Part shown: positions 16,536 to 24,727 of the stretch, in pieces
How positions within the stretch are numbered: the first letter of the stretch is position 1
How the letters are laid out: each line of letters begins with the position of its first letter
Virus record (IMG/VR): IMGVR_UViG_3300023234_000140
Direction: 5' to 3' (one strand)
Origin: a virus
Length of the DNA: 25,861 nucleotides
Program-made: the position numbers and the translations under genes
Notes under the pieces: generated by a model
The model's database searches: none
What the model was told of the DNA's origin: nothing
What the model saw: only the letters and a program-made list of their open reading frames with translations

Positions 16536-18704
16536 ATGGGTTTAAAGAGTAGTATTTTTTTCTTATTTTTAATTTTACTACTAGGTGTTACTTCTGCTTC
16601 TATTGAGTTTGGTTATGACAATGAATTAAACCCAAGAGTTATTATGGAAGAACCTGTGACCGCAGGGATTTCTAATGTTTCTGGAGAGAGTGTAAACGAT
16701 ACAACTTATTGGCAAGGTTGGACACCTACAACTTATTATGATTCTATAAAGTTACTTTTTGATGCTACTTATTGTCTTTTAGTTGGTTGCACAATGCAAG
16801 GAGATATTGATATGAATGATAATCAAATTCTTGATGCAGGGAATATTATATCAAATGAAAACATTACAGCAGACACATATTTTGGAGATTGGAATGGTGG
16901 GAATGTTGATGGAAACATTTCAGTAGGAGAACAATTTAGTTCAAGTTATGATCCTTTCAACAAATTTTATTCATTCAACTTACATACAAGTAATGCAACA
17001 GGCTATGATGCTTATGAGCAAGTAGGAACTTTAGCAGAAGTAACAGCAAGTCCTTTAACTTGGGGTGGAACACAAGAAACAGATTTTTCTCCATTATGGG
17101 CTAGTGATGATTCAAGACATTCTCCACAAAATAGTGCAACTTGGACAAAATATCCAGCAATATTAATGAAATTCTTAACAGGAGAAAATCCAGCAGATGC
17201 CTTATATATAAATGTAACTGGTGAGGCAAATGTAAACGCTTATACCTATGGTTATTATATTTGGGATTATGATTCAACTGCTTGGGAATTATTAGGTTCA
17301 GCACATTCAACTCCTTATAATTTAGATACAACATATAGTGCTGTAATAAATACAAATGCTGAAAACTATATTGACACTGACGGAACGGTTTATATTATGA
17401 TAAGGGCAATAACTCTTGGTAGAACACTCCAAATAAGATTAGATTATGTAGATGTTCAAGTTGGTGTAATTGGTGGGGATGTAACTTATGAAAATAGGAA
17501 TTTCAATAAGCCTGTTTCTGTAACAGCCGATTCAACAAGTGCATTCTCAGTTTTCGCAAGTGATGGAACTGAAGTTCTTAAAGTAGATACAATGGCAAAG
17601 GCTTTCGGTGGTGCTGGTTTAAGTATAGATAATGATGCTGTTATTGGAAACAACCTTTGGACTAAAGGAACTGCATCTATTTCAGAAACAACTGCTCCAA
17701 CCGACGATATGCTAACAATCCAAAAGACTTATACAGAAGACCTTGGAGAGGGATTATATGAATCTATATCTTGGAATCCAACAGATGCCTCAACAGGTGG
17801 ATTTTCAGCAATGGAATTTCGAGCAAATGCTCGTGGAGAATATAACTGGGCGGCAGATTCAACTTTATATGGAATAAGAGGAATGTTCCATCAATCACCT
17901 TTCGGTGCTGTTGGTAATGCAAATACAACATTAGTAGCTTCTTATTTTACAGGTGCAAATGAACTTAACTTCCAGGATGGTCCTGGTGGTGATGGTGTTA
18001 TGGCAAATAAAACCTATGCACAAATATTAAAACCATTAGAATTATTGGCATATTCAGGAACAGATATGGGAGATGCTTGGGGTTTATTAATTCAGGCTGG
18101 GACTCAAGAATACGGTAATTATGCAGTAGATAAAGAAACAATGTTGGAGATTGAAAAACCAACTTTGGGAGATGTAAATTATCAAGTTGTTTTAAATGGA
18201 ACTGATGCAGGAACAGGGATTTGGTTTGGTGGAATTGATGGAAGAAGAATTTACAATGACGGAACTAATTTAGTTTTTAACACAACAACAGGAGATGCTT
18301 ATTTCACAAGAAATGTGAGTGCAACTGGATTTATAACAAGAACAAATTTATTGAGTTCAGAAGTTACTGCAAAAGATTGGATTAAAGATGTTGAAGATTA
18401 TAAAGATGTTAAGGGGGATATTAAATATGATGAATTTTTAGGGCATACAACTTTTGAAGTTACTGATATGTCAAAACCAGAAACAACTATTACCCCAACA
18501 AGTAAAATAATATTCAATCCAGAAACAGGTTTAAATGAAACTTTTATAGGAACTAAAGAAGTAATTATATACCCTTATAAAAAATTAGAAGATGGTGTGG
18601 ATTTACAAACAGAACAAAATGTTTTACGACAAGCTCTTTATGATGCTTTACAAAAGATTGATGATTTAGAAAGTAGAATAATCACTTTGGAGAAGGTAAG
18701 ATGA
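16536..18704 (+). CDS. Fibre / receptor-binding protein with signal peptide, beta-rich body and C-terminal chaperone-like coiled-coil region (track ORF starts at 16527)
   Basis: Hydrophobic signal; YCLLVGCTMQGDIDMNDNQI fibre-like motif; beta-sandwich segment YYIWDYDSTAWELLG...LDYVDVQV; C-terminus GDAYFTRNVSATGFITR...DGVDL...LQKIDDLESRIITLE. Confidence 0.7.
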   Translation: MGLKSSIFFLFLILLLGVTSASIEFGYDNELNPRVIMEEPVTAGISNVSGESVNDTTYWQGWTPTTYYDSIKLLFDATYCLLVGCTMQGDIDMNDNQILDAGNIISNENITADTYFGDWNGGNVDGNISVGEQFSSSYDPFNKFYSFNLHTSNATGYDAYEQVGTLAEVTASPLTWGGTQETDFSPLWASDDSRHSPQNSATWTKYPAILMKFLTGENPADALYINVTGEANVNAYTYGYYIWDYDSTAWELLGSAHSTPYNLDTTYSAVINTNAENYIDTDGTVYIMIRAITLGRTLQIRLDYVDVQVGVIGGDVTYENRNFNKPVSVTADSTSAFSVFASDGTEVLKVDTMAKAFGGAGLSIDNDAVIGNNLWTKGTASISETTAPTDDMLTIQKTYTEDLGEGLYESISWNPTDASTGGFSAMEFRANARGEYNWAADSTLYGIRGMFHQSPFGAVGNANTTLVASYFTGANELNFQDGPGGDGVMANKTYAQILKPLELLAYSGTDMGDAWGLLIQAGTQEYGNYAVDKETMLEIEKPTLGDVNYQVVLNGTDAGTGIWFGGIDGRRIYNDGTNLVFNTTTGDAYFTRNVSATGFITRTNLLSSEVTAKDWIKDVEDYKDVKGDIKYDEFLGHTTFEVTDMSKPETTITPTSKIIFNPETGLNETFIGTKEVIIYPYKKLEDGVDLQTEQNVLRQALYDALQKIDDLESRIITLEKVR

Positions 18705-18790
18705 AGTTTAATGGAAAAAAAGATATGGTTAAGATTCCCTACTATTACGAATTAGATTTAAACAGTGATACGGGGATACAATTATTTTAA
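18701..18790 (+). CDS. Micro-ORF (29 aa)
   Basis: ATGA overlap with the fibre gene; GGAG upstream. Confidence 0.35.
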   Translation: MKFNGKKDMVKIPYYYELDLNSDTGIQLF

Positions 18791-18791
18791 A

Positions 18792-18887
18792 ATGGAATTT
18801 GAAAATTTGTTTAAACAACCAAAGATGGAAACAGAAGATTATGGAGATTACAATTTGGATGAAGATGATCTTGATTTAGATGAATAA
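18792..18887 (+). CDS. Highly acidic micropeptide (31 aa, MEFENLFKQPKMETEDYGDYNLDEDDLDLDE)
   Basis: Manual translation; starts 1 nt after the preceding stop. Confidence 0.4.
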   Translation: MEFENLFKQPKMETEDYGDYNLDEDDLDLDE

Positions 18888-18930
18888 TAATCCCTACATA
18901 ATATATTTAAATCAAAATATTATTATATTT

Positions 18931-19149
18931 GGGGGTAAGGTTGGGATGTAGTTTCTCTCCAAGCATTAATAACCTTGGAACAATGCCTTGCTCCCACTTT
19001 CATACTCAACCTTAATCACCATTTTGGTTGGGGGATGTGTCTTGCGACACCATCCTCTTTTGTCCTCCTTGGATTTACCTTCGCAACTATTTCTTCAACA
19101 GCGAGGGGTTGGGTTTAATATCCCGTAGAATCCTTGGGGGTTTATTTTT
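18931..19149 (+). ncRNA. Candidate structured non-coding RNA (or structured origin element)
   Basis: GC-richer segment with no credible ORF and several stems. TATA motif ATATATTTAAAT at 18901-18912 upstream; T-run at 19141-19149. Confidence 0.5.
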
Positions 19150-19155
19150 ACGATA

Positions 19156-19167
19156 GATATATAAAGG
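19156..19167 (+). promoter_or_regulatory. TATA-box promoter GATATATAAAGG of the replication operon (leaderless)
   Basis: 31 nt before ATG 19187; identical to 7155-7166. Confidence 0.7.
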
Positions 19168-19186
19168 TGTTTTTGTTGAACACTTC

Positions 19187-19435
19187 ATGGAAAAGGAGAT
19201 GATTAAACAAAGGATATTGCAATGGCAACTTCTTGCAGATCAATGGCGTAGTGAAAACAAAAATATTTTTATAAAAACTTGGAATGGTAATTTACATTTC
19301 TGTAAAATAGTTATGGTTGGTGAAACTCAAATCACTGTTGATAATCATGGGCCAGAACAAAGGGCTGGAACTAGAGATTATATTGATTGGTTAAATGTTC
19401 AAGAGTTTGCAAAAGATAGAGGTGAAGGAGAATGA
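19187..19435 (+). CDS. Small beta-rich hypothetical protein, possibly Sm/SH3-like (82 aa)
   Basis: ORF track; first gene after the promoter. The fold assignment is a guess. Confidence 0.65.
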   Translation: MEKEMIKQRILQWQLLADQWRSENKNIFIKTWNGNLHFCKIVMVGETQITVDNHGPEQRAGTRDYIDWLNVQEFAKDRGEGE

Positions 19436-19566
19436 TTAATTTAAAGAAGTGTAAGAAGTGTGGGGAGCTTTTTGATATTGATACTTCACAGGATTGGTGT
19501 CCTAAATGTAGAAATAAAAAAATTAAATTGATTGGAGAAAAAGATGGGAACTTGTTGGAATTGTAA
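19432..19566 (+). CDS. Zinc-ribbon microprotein (44 aa, MINLKKCKKCGELFDIDTSQDWCPKCRNKK...)
   Basis: CxxC-x12-CxxC; GGTGAAGGAG RBS; ATGA overlap. Confidence 0.7.
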   Translation: MINLKKCKKCGELFDIDTSQDWCPKCRNKKIKLIGEKDGNLLEL

Positions 19567-20428
19567 TACTCAAATTACCTTAGCAGAAGAACAAACCAAA
19601 TGTGATTCTTGTGGTTGTATTATTTATTATAAATGTAATTCTTGTAAAGAAGAATTTAAAGTTGAAGATAGAAAAACAAAAAAGAAATTAAAAGAATGTA
19701 AATTATGTGGTTATTTTTTCTGCCCAAGTTGTGGAGTGTGTTCATGGGGTTGTTCAAGATATACATGGGAAAAAGAAATTTTACAAAGATTAGCTCCAGA
19801 AATTACACAAGGTAATTGTATAAATATTGTTGAAAAAGTTAGGGATATTGTTAATTACTTTGAAGAAGAAAAGAGTGGGAAGGAAAGAAGAGTTTGTACT
19901 GAAAGAGGAGTATCAATTAGTTATGCAAAGAATAGAATTAAAACTTTATTGGCAAAGGTTGAGGGTTTTAGAGTTAAAAATGAAAATGATAGAAACGCTT
20001 TTATTAAAAGAATGAATGAAATAATTCAAAAAAATATTGGAGATGAATTAAAAATAAGTGATGTTAAAGAAGATGGAAGTTATGGACAAGAATATAGGGA
20101 TGCTTTTAATCTATTAGTTTGTATGGGAAAATTAAAAATTATTAAAAAATCATTTATAAAAAATAATGAAACTATTGAATATGATTCTTATATTAGAATT
20201 GAAGGAGTTCCATGTAAATTACTTTCAACTGATAATTTAATAATTAATGAATGCACAAATATCAAGCATGAAAATAATAAAAGATTTCCATTAGAAACAA
20301 CTCATTGTCCAACTTGCCCAGTACATACAAAAGGAAAAAATAAGGGGCAACAATGGGAATTAAAAAAGAGGTTAAATAATGAGGATGTCTGTCAATTATA
20401 CAGAGGTTCTTTTATTAAAAAGAAATAA
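19544..20428 (+). CDS. Multi-zinc-finger protein upstream of the primase-helicase (track ORF 19532; ATG start at 19544)
   Basis: CWNC, CDSC, CNSC, CKLC and CPSC motifs at the N-terminus, further Cys at the C-terminus; GGAG RBS before 19544. Confidence 0.8.
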   Translation: MGTCWNCNTQITLAEEQTKCDSCGCIIYYKCNSCKEEFKVEDRKTKKKLKECKLCGYFFCPSCGVCSWGCSRYTWEKEILQRLAPEITQGNCINIVEKVRDIVNYFEEEKSGKERRVCTERGVSISYAKNRIKTLLAKVEGFRVKNENDRNAFIKRMNEIIQKNIGDELKISDVKEDGSYGQEYRDAFNLLVCMGKLKIIKKSFIKNNETIEYDSYIRIEGVPCKLLSTDNLIINECTNIKHENNKRFPLETTHCPTCPVHTKGKNKGQQWELKKRLNNEDVCQLYRGSFIKKK

Positions 20429-22791
20429 TGAAAGATTTATTAAAAGAAGAATGGGAAAAACATAAAGCTAGTAAAAACAAACCTAAAATAATAAAAGAAA
20501 TAAATATTCCTGAGCAAATACGAGGATTTAACTTTGTATTGGATGGTGGTAATGGAAAACAACCAATAGAAAAAGCATGGCAAAAAAAGGTGCATAAAAT
20601 AGATTGTCCTAAATTTCAAGAACATATTTCCCAAGGAAAAAATTATGGGGTTCAAAGTAATGAGTCGTTTATTAATATTAATGGAGAAAATAGATTTTTA
20701 ATTGTTATTGATTTTGATACAAAAGAATTTCAAGATAAAGTTCTTAAAGAATTTCCAGAAACATTTACAACTTCAAGTGGGAGTGACAAAAATTGCTTTC
20801 ACTTATGGTTAGCATCTGATGAAAATAAGGCGTTTAAAATTAAAGATGAAAAATTAGAAACTTTATCAGATGTTATTGGGGCAGGTAATCAAATAATTGG
20901 TCCTGGAAGTACACATCAATCTGGAAGTATTTATTCAGTTGTTAAAGATGTTCCAATAGTTTTTATGCCTTATGCAGAAATAAAAGCTATATTAAAACCC
21001 CATGATAAATCTCCTAAGAAAATAAAAAAACCTCAAAAACAATATTCCCCAAAAGGTATTGGAACAAATATAGCAGAAGATATAATTAATTCTATTTCAA
21101 TGGATGAAGTTCTTAATGAAATAGGGATAGATACTTCTAAAAACCCAACAAATTGTTTTGCCCATGGTAGTAAGGGTGAAAAATGTTTTAGTTATAATGA
21201 TCAAACTGCACATTGTTTTCACTGTGATGGTTCTTGGAATAAGTTTAGTTTAATTAGGGAAGCAAAAAATTTAACAGATAAAGATACTTTTAATTGGTTT
21301 GCAGAAAAGACAGGGAAAACAGATGAATTAGAAAAATCAAGAAAAGATTATGGAAAAGAAAATGCCCAGAAAAATAAATTAAAGGAGGCTGCAAGGGTTT
21401 TTACTCTTGGTGGACAGATAGAATTATTTTATGATCAACAACCATTCTTTTATGATAAAAGCAAAATGTTTTTTATATGGAATAAAGAATTATTTAAATG
21501 GGAACTATCAGATGAAATAGATATTTTAAATGTTATTTTTGCACTTACTGGCAAAGATATTATTACTTCTAAAAGTAGGGCAGAAATAATTAATTCATTA
21601 AAACAAAAAGGAAGATTGAATCATCCAAAACCAATAAAAAAATCTTGGATACAATTTAAAAATAAAATATATGATGTAAAAACAGGGGAGGAATTTGAAG
21701 CAACACCAGAATATTTTGTTACAAATCCAATACCTTGGAAAGTTGGTGATAGTGAAGATACTCCAATTATAGATAAATATCTTAATGAATGGGTAGGAGA
21801 AACTTATTCACAATTATTATATGAATTTCTTGCATATAATACTTGCATAGATAAATTTATGCAGAGAATATTTGCTTTTTGTGGAGGAGGATCTAATGGG
21901 AAGGGTACATTCATTAAATTAAACTATAAATTTTTAGGAGAAGATAATTGTGTTTCTTCTGAAATAAAAAATTTGAGTGATGATAAATTTGAAGCGGCCG
22001 TTCTTTATAGAAAATTACTTTGTGTAATGGGAGAAGTTTCACATTCAGATTTAAAAAATACTAATCAAATTAAAAAGATTGCTGGAGAAGATAAACTTAG
22101 TTTTCAATTCAAAGGTAAAACTCCTTTCACAGATGATAATACTGCAACTTGTGTTTGTCTTACTAATTCTCTTCCAATTACTCCAGATAAATCTTTAGGA
22201 TTTTATAGAAAATGGGGGATAATAGATTTTCCAAATCAATTCAGTGGAATTAAACATGATGTAGTTGGATCTATTCCTGATGTTGAATTTGAAAATCTTG
22301 CAAGAAAATGTATTAATATTTTAAAAGATTTATATAAAACAAGAAAATTTACTAATGAAGGTACATTTGAGGAAAGAATGGAAAGATATGAAGAAAGATC
22401 AAATCCTGTTATGAAATACTTAGAAGAATATTATGATGAAGAGGTTGGGGGTTATATTTCAATAAGACAATTTACTAATGATTGTAATGAATATCTTAAA
22501 AAAAATCATTTAAGAATAATGTCTGCGGTTTATGTTGGAAAAATATTAAGAGAAGAGGGTTTTTCTGTATCACAAAGGAAAATAGATGATATTACTTCTA
22601 CTGTTATTCTAAACCTTAGCAAAAAAGTCCGTAGAACCACTGAAACCACCCAAATCTCAACTAGAAATTCCCCTGTAAAATCTAGTGAGAATTTGGATGG
22701 TTTCGATGGTTTGAGTGGTTTTACCTCTGAAGAGATAAAAAATGCAGGATATACTAAAGAAGAATTAAAAAAGGCAATGAAAGATAAATGA
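20428..22791 (+). CDS. Bifunctional primase-polymerase / Zn finger / D5-like SF3 helicase replication protein (787 aa)
   Basis: Prim-pol motifs NYGV, LIVIDFD, T-x-SG...FHLW, IIGPGSTH; C-x2-H...C-x2-C zinc finger; D5_N-like FKNKIYDVKTG; Walker A GGGSNGKGT; Walker B CVMGE. Confidence 0.92.
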   Translation: MKDLLKEEWEKHKASKNKPKIIKEINIPEQIRGFNFVLDGGNGKQPIEKAWQKKVHKIDCPKFQEHISQGKNYGVQSNESFININGENRFLIVIDFDTKEFQDKVLKEFPETFTTSSGSDKNCFHLWLASDENKAFKIKDEKLETLSDVIGAGNQIIGPGSTHQSGSIYSVVKDVPIVFMPYAEIKAILKPHDKSPKKIKKPQKQYSPKGIGTNIAEDIINSISMDEVLNEIGIDTSKNPTNCFAHGSKGEKCFSYNDQTAHCFHCDGSWNKFSLIREAKNLTDKDTFNWFAEKTGKTDELEKSRKDYGKENAQKNKLKEAARVFTLGGQIELFYDQQPFFYDKSKMFFIWNKELFKWELSDEIDILNVIFALTGKDIITSKSRAEIINSLKQKGRLNHPKPIKKSWIQFKNKIYDVKTGEEFEATPEYFVTNPIPWKVGDSEDTPIIDKYLNEWVGETYSQLLYEFLAYNTCIDKFMQRIFAFCGGGSNGKGTFIKLNYKFLGEDNCVSSEIKNLSDDKFEAAVLYRKLLCVMGEVSHSDLKNTNQIKKIAGEDKLSFQFKGKTPFTDDNTATCVCLTNSLPITPDKSLGFYRKWGIIDFPNQFSGIKHDVVGSIPDVEFENLARKCINILKDLYKTRKFTNEGTFEERMERYEERSNPVMKYLEEYYDEEVGGYISIRQFTNDCNEYLKKNHLRIMSAVYVGKILREEGFSVSQRKIDDITSTVILNLSKKVRRTTETTQISTRNSPVKSSENLDGFDGLSGFTSEEIKNAGYTKEELKKAMKDK
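22635..22722. repeat. Imperfect long inverted repeat with 9-bp-spaced repeats inside the helicase gene 3' end (candidate origin)
   Basis: Left arm 22635-22665 with AACCAC at 22635 and 22644; right arm 22681-22722 with TGGTTT at 22698, 22707 and 22716. Confidence 0.65.
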
Positions 22792-22958
22792 CCTACCAAA
22801 CAATCCAGCTAGTAATTGAAACAGAACTTCCAAACGAACAACTCCTGGAAATCTTCAATGAAGGAACTTCCAATCTAAAAGAACTAGGAATTGTTCTCCA
22901 TGAGATTGTAATCAAAGATTCAGCAAATTCATTAGTAAAAGGAATTGAATATGGTTAA
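22788..22958 (+). CDS. Hypothetical protein (56 aa, MTYQTIQLVIETELPNEQLLEIF...)
   Basis: ATGA overlap with the helicase stop; manual translation. Confidence 0.55.
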   Translation: MTYQTIQLVIETELPNEQLLEIFNEGTSNLKELGIVLHEIVIKDSANSLVKGIEYG

Positions 22959-23130
22959 GAAAAAAACAACAAAAAAACAATGTAAAAAATGTAAATGTAA
23001 ATTTGAAGGAGAGTATTCTCACTATCAAACCCATAAATATGTATGTCAACAATGTTATCAAGAATTAAAGAATAAAAGGGTAGGTAATAAACCAACCTAT
23101 AAGGAATACATCAAATGGGTAAATCGTTGA
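22951..23130 (+). CDS. Zinc-finger microprotein (CKKC...CQQC; track start 22945)
   Basis: Two CxxC pairs. Confidence 0.65.
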   Translation: MVKKKTTKKQCKKCKCKFEGEYSHYQTHKYVCQQCYQELKNKRVGNKPTYKEYIKWVNR

Positions 23131-23169
23131 TTACAATGCCTTATTCAAGCAACAGAGGTTATTTCTAAG

Positions 23170-23331
23170 ATGAGATCATTAAAAACAATAATTAAATCAA
23201 CAGGCCTAAGTTTACACGAAGTAGCAGAAGCACAGAGTAGATGTTTACAATACTTCCTATCAGCAGATGAACTTCAATCTTATCTGGAAACTGCACTTTG
23301 TTACCATTTTCAAAGGAACAACAACCTTTAA
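23170..23331 (+). CDS. Hypothetical microprotein (53 aa, MRSLKTIIKSTGLSLHEVAEAQ...)
   Basis: GAGGT upstream; manual translation. Confidence 0.45.
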   Translation: MRSLKTIIKSTGLSLHEVAEAQSRCLQYFLSADELQSYLETALCYHFQRNNNL

Positions 23332-23355
23332 GTAGTCTATAGTCTATCATATATC

Positions 23356-23463
23356 ATGGAAATAAAAACATACATACAAAAAAAGATAAGTGATCTTAGA
23401 TTACTTATGTTCTTGAAAAAGAACGAACATACACTATTAAAAAGAGGGATTGGTTTATACTAA
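23356..23463 (+). CDS. Basic microprotein (35 aa, MEIKTYIQKKISDLRLLMFLKK...)
   Basis: TTTAAGTA TATA-like element about 28 nt upstream. Confidence 0.4.
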   Translation: MEIKTYIQKKISDLRLLMFLKKNEHTLLKRGIGLY

Positions 23464-23484
23464 TCCTCTCCTTATTTTTTTACA

Positions 23485-23667
23485 ATGGAAATAAAATCAA
23501 GAAAAGAAACAACAACAAAGATAACATATTATATATGTTGCCCAGAATGTGATAAAGAAATAAAAGGATCGTCACCTTCACAAGTTGAATACAATCTTAA
23601 AATACATTTAATGACACATAATCAATCCCATAGGGATGAATCAGAAATTAAACAGGAGGAAAACTAA
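23485..23667 (+). CDS. C2H2-type zinc-finger protein (60 aa)
   Basis: CPECDKEIKG...NLKIHLMTH. Confidence 0.75.
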   Translation: MEIKSRKETTTKITYYICCPECDKEIKGSSPSQVEYNLKIHLMTHNQSHRDESEIKQEEN

Positions 23668-23669
23668 AC

Positions 23670-23987
23670 ATGGTATTTGAAGAAATTAATCCACAAGAGG
23701 TTAAATTTGAAAAAGAAGAAGATTCTATTCAAGGAATTTTACTTCAAAAGCAAACAGATATAGGACCTAACAAGGCAAATCTGTATGGCATTGAAACACC
23801 TGAAGGTGTAAAAAATGTTTGGGGAGCTACTATCCTTGATCAAAGAATGGACTTTGTTAAGGTTGGAGATAAGGTAAAAATTACCTTTAAAGGCCTAGGT
23901 GAAAAGAAACCTGGTCAAAATGCACCAAAGATTTTCAAAGTTGAAGTTGATAAAGAAGATCAAATTGAAACTCAAAAGATAGAATAA
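23670..23987 (+). CDS. Putative OB-fold single-stranded DNA-binding protein (105 aa)
   Basis: SIQGILL...G-x-N-x-x-x-LY-x-IET-x-EG...VWGATILD...VKVGDKVKITFKG pattern; acidic tail; located in the replication module. Confidence 0.65.
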   Translation: MVFEEINPQEVKFEKEEDSIQGILLQKQTDIGPNKANLYGIETPEGVKNVWGATILDQRMDFVKVGDKVKITFKGLGEKKPGQNAPKIFKVEVDKEDQIETQKIE

Positions 23988-24080
23988 ATTTTTATTAAAA
24001 CCCCAATTTGGGGTTCATAGTCATCATGTGTGCTGGAATGACACATCAGCCTCTTATCAAGGCACACATTCATAATCAAA

Positions 24081-24200
24081 ATGGAAGAAAAAGAACTAGA
24101 ACAAATAAAAGAAGAACTTGAAGAACAAATGATTCAAGCAGAGGGAAAAGTAGAATCATTGAAGGAGATGATAAAGATATTGGAGGATAAATTAAAATGA
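24081..24200 (+). CDS. Coiled-coil microprotein (39 aa, MEEKELEQIKEELEEQMIQAEGKVESLKEMIKILEDKLK)
   Basis: Heptad pattern; ATGA overlap with the next ORF. Confidence 0.6.
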   Translation: MEEKELEQIKEELEEQMIQAEGKVESLKEMIKILEDKLK

Positions 24201-24421
24201 AACAACTACCAAAAACATTAAGCAATTTATTAGAGAAATCATACAGAAGCACTTGGAAATCAAATGGAGATACAAATATGAAAGCATTAAGGAGATTCAA
24301 AAAGGAATTTGAATTTGCAGATATGTTCGGTTATGATGTAAGTAAATATAAAACAGGATATAATCATCATGCTTACTTTTTAGGATTAGATATGTATTCA
24401 ACAGAGGAAATAAGAGAATGA
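24197..24421 (+). CDS. Hypothetical protein (74 aa)
   Basis: ORF track; GGAGG RBS. Confidence 0.65.
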   Translation: MKQLPKTLSNLLEKSYRSTWKSNGDTNMKALRRFKKEFEFADMFGYDVSKYKTGYNHHAYFLGLDMYSTEEIRE

Positions 24422-24534
24422 ACTTAAATTTATTTTTACTATATTTGGGTTTTGGACTTGCATTAGCATTGATTGTAATAATGATGGATTTTATAATCTA
24501 TTATTTAAATGAAAGATATGGAGAGAAAAAATGA
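24418..24534 (+). CDS. Single-TM microprotein (38 aa)
   Basis: MNLNLFLLYLGFGLALALIVIMMDFII...; ATGA overlaps. Confidence 0.55.
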   Translation: MNLNLFLLYLGFGLALALIVIMMDFIIYYLNERYGEKK

Positions 24535-24689
24535 GGGATATATATGATTGGTGTATAAGTTGTAAAAGAGAAGGAATGGTTTGTTTAGATTGTTTGAAGA
24601 TGTATATTTTTAGAAAAGAAGTTACAACAACAAAGCCAACAAGTTATTTAAGTAAATTGGAGAGATCAGAAAATGACTATCAAATCTAA
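24531..24689 (+). CDS. Four-Cys zinc-finger microprotein (52 aa), paralog of 25671
   Basis: WCISCK-x5-CLDCL...KP motif. Confidence 0.65.
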   Translation: MRDIYDWCISCKREGMVCLDCLKMYIFRKEVTTTKPTSYLSKLERSENDYQI

Positions 24690-24727
24690 AACGACATCAA
24701 AGAATACAAAAACGAATGGGAGTAAAA

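Noticed and set aside
3057-18704. Diversity-generating retroelement targeting the adhesin or fibre
   Set aside because: No reverse transcriptase and no template/variable repeat pair were noticed.
18931-19149. tRNA gene or tRNA-derived attachment site
   Set aside because: No T-arm GTTC(G/A)A motif or cloverleaf spacing was seen.
618-22799. Short antisense or out-of-frame ORFs in the track (e.g. 618-827, 1454-1660, 2129-2347, 3306-3521, 5060-5272, 10510-10824, 11215-11703, 11841-12224, 17101-17355, 22530-22799)
   Set aside because: They lie fully within better-supported genes on the other strand or frame, lack RBSs, and show shadow-ORF composition.
22951-23331. In-frame TGA at 23128-23130 followed by a long open frame, suggesting stop-codon readthrough or recoding
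   Set aside because: TGA is used as a normal stop in many ATGA overlaps across the window, and the downstream part has its own ATG (23170) with a GAGGT RBS.
23356-23496. Adjacent ORFs both starting ATGGAAATAAAA (MEIK)
   Set aside because: A 12-bp A-rich match is plausible by chance, and the proteins are otherwise unrelated.
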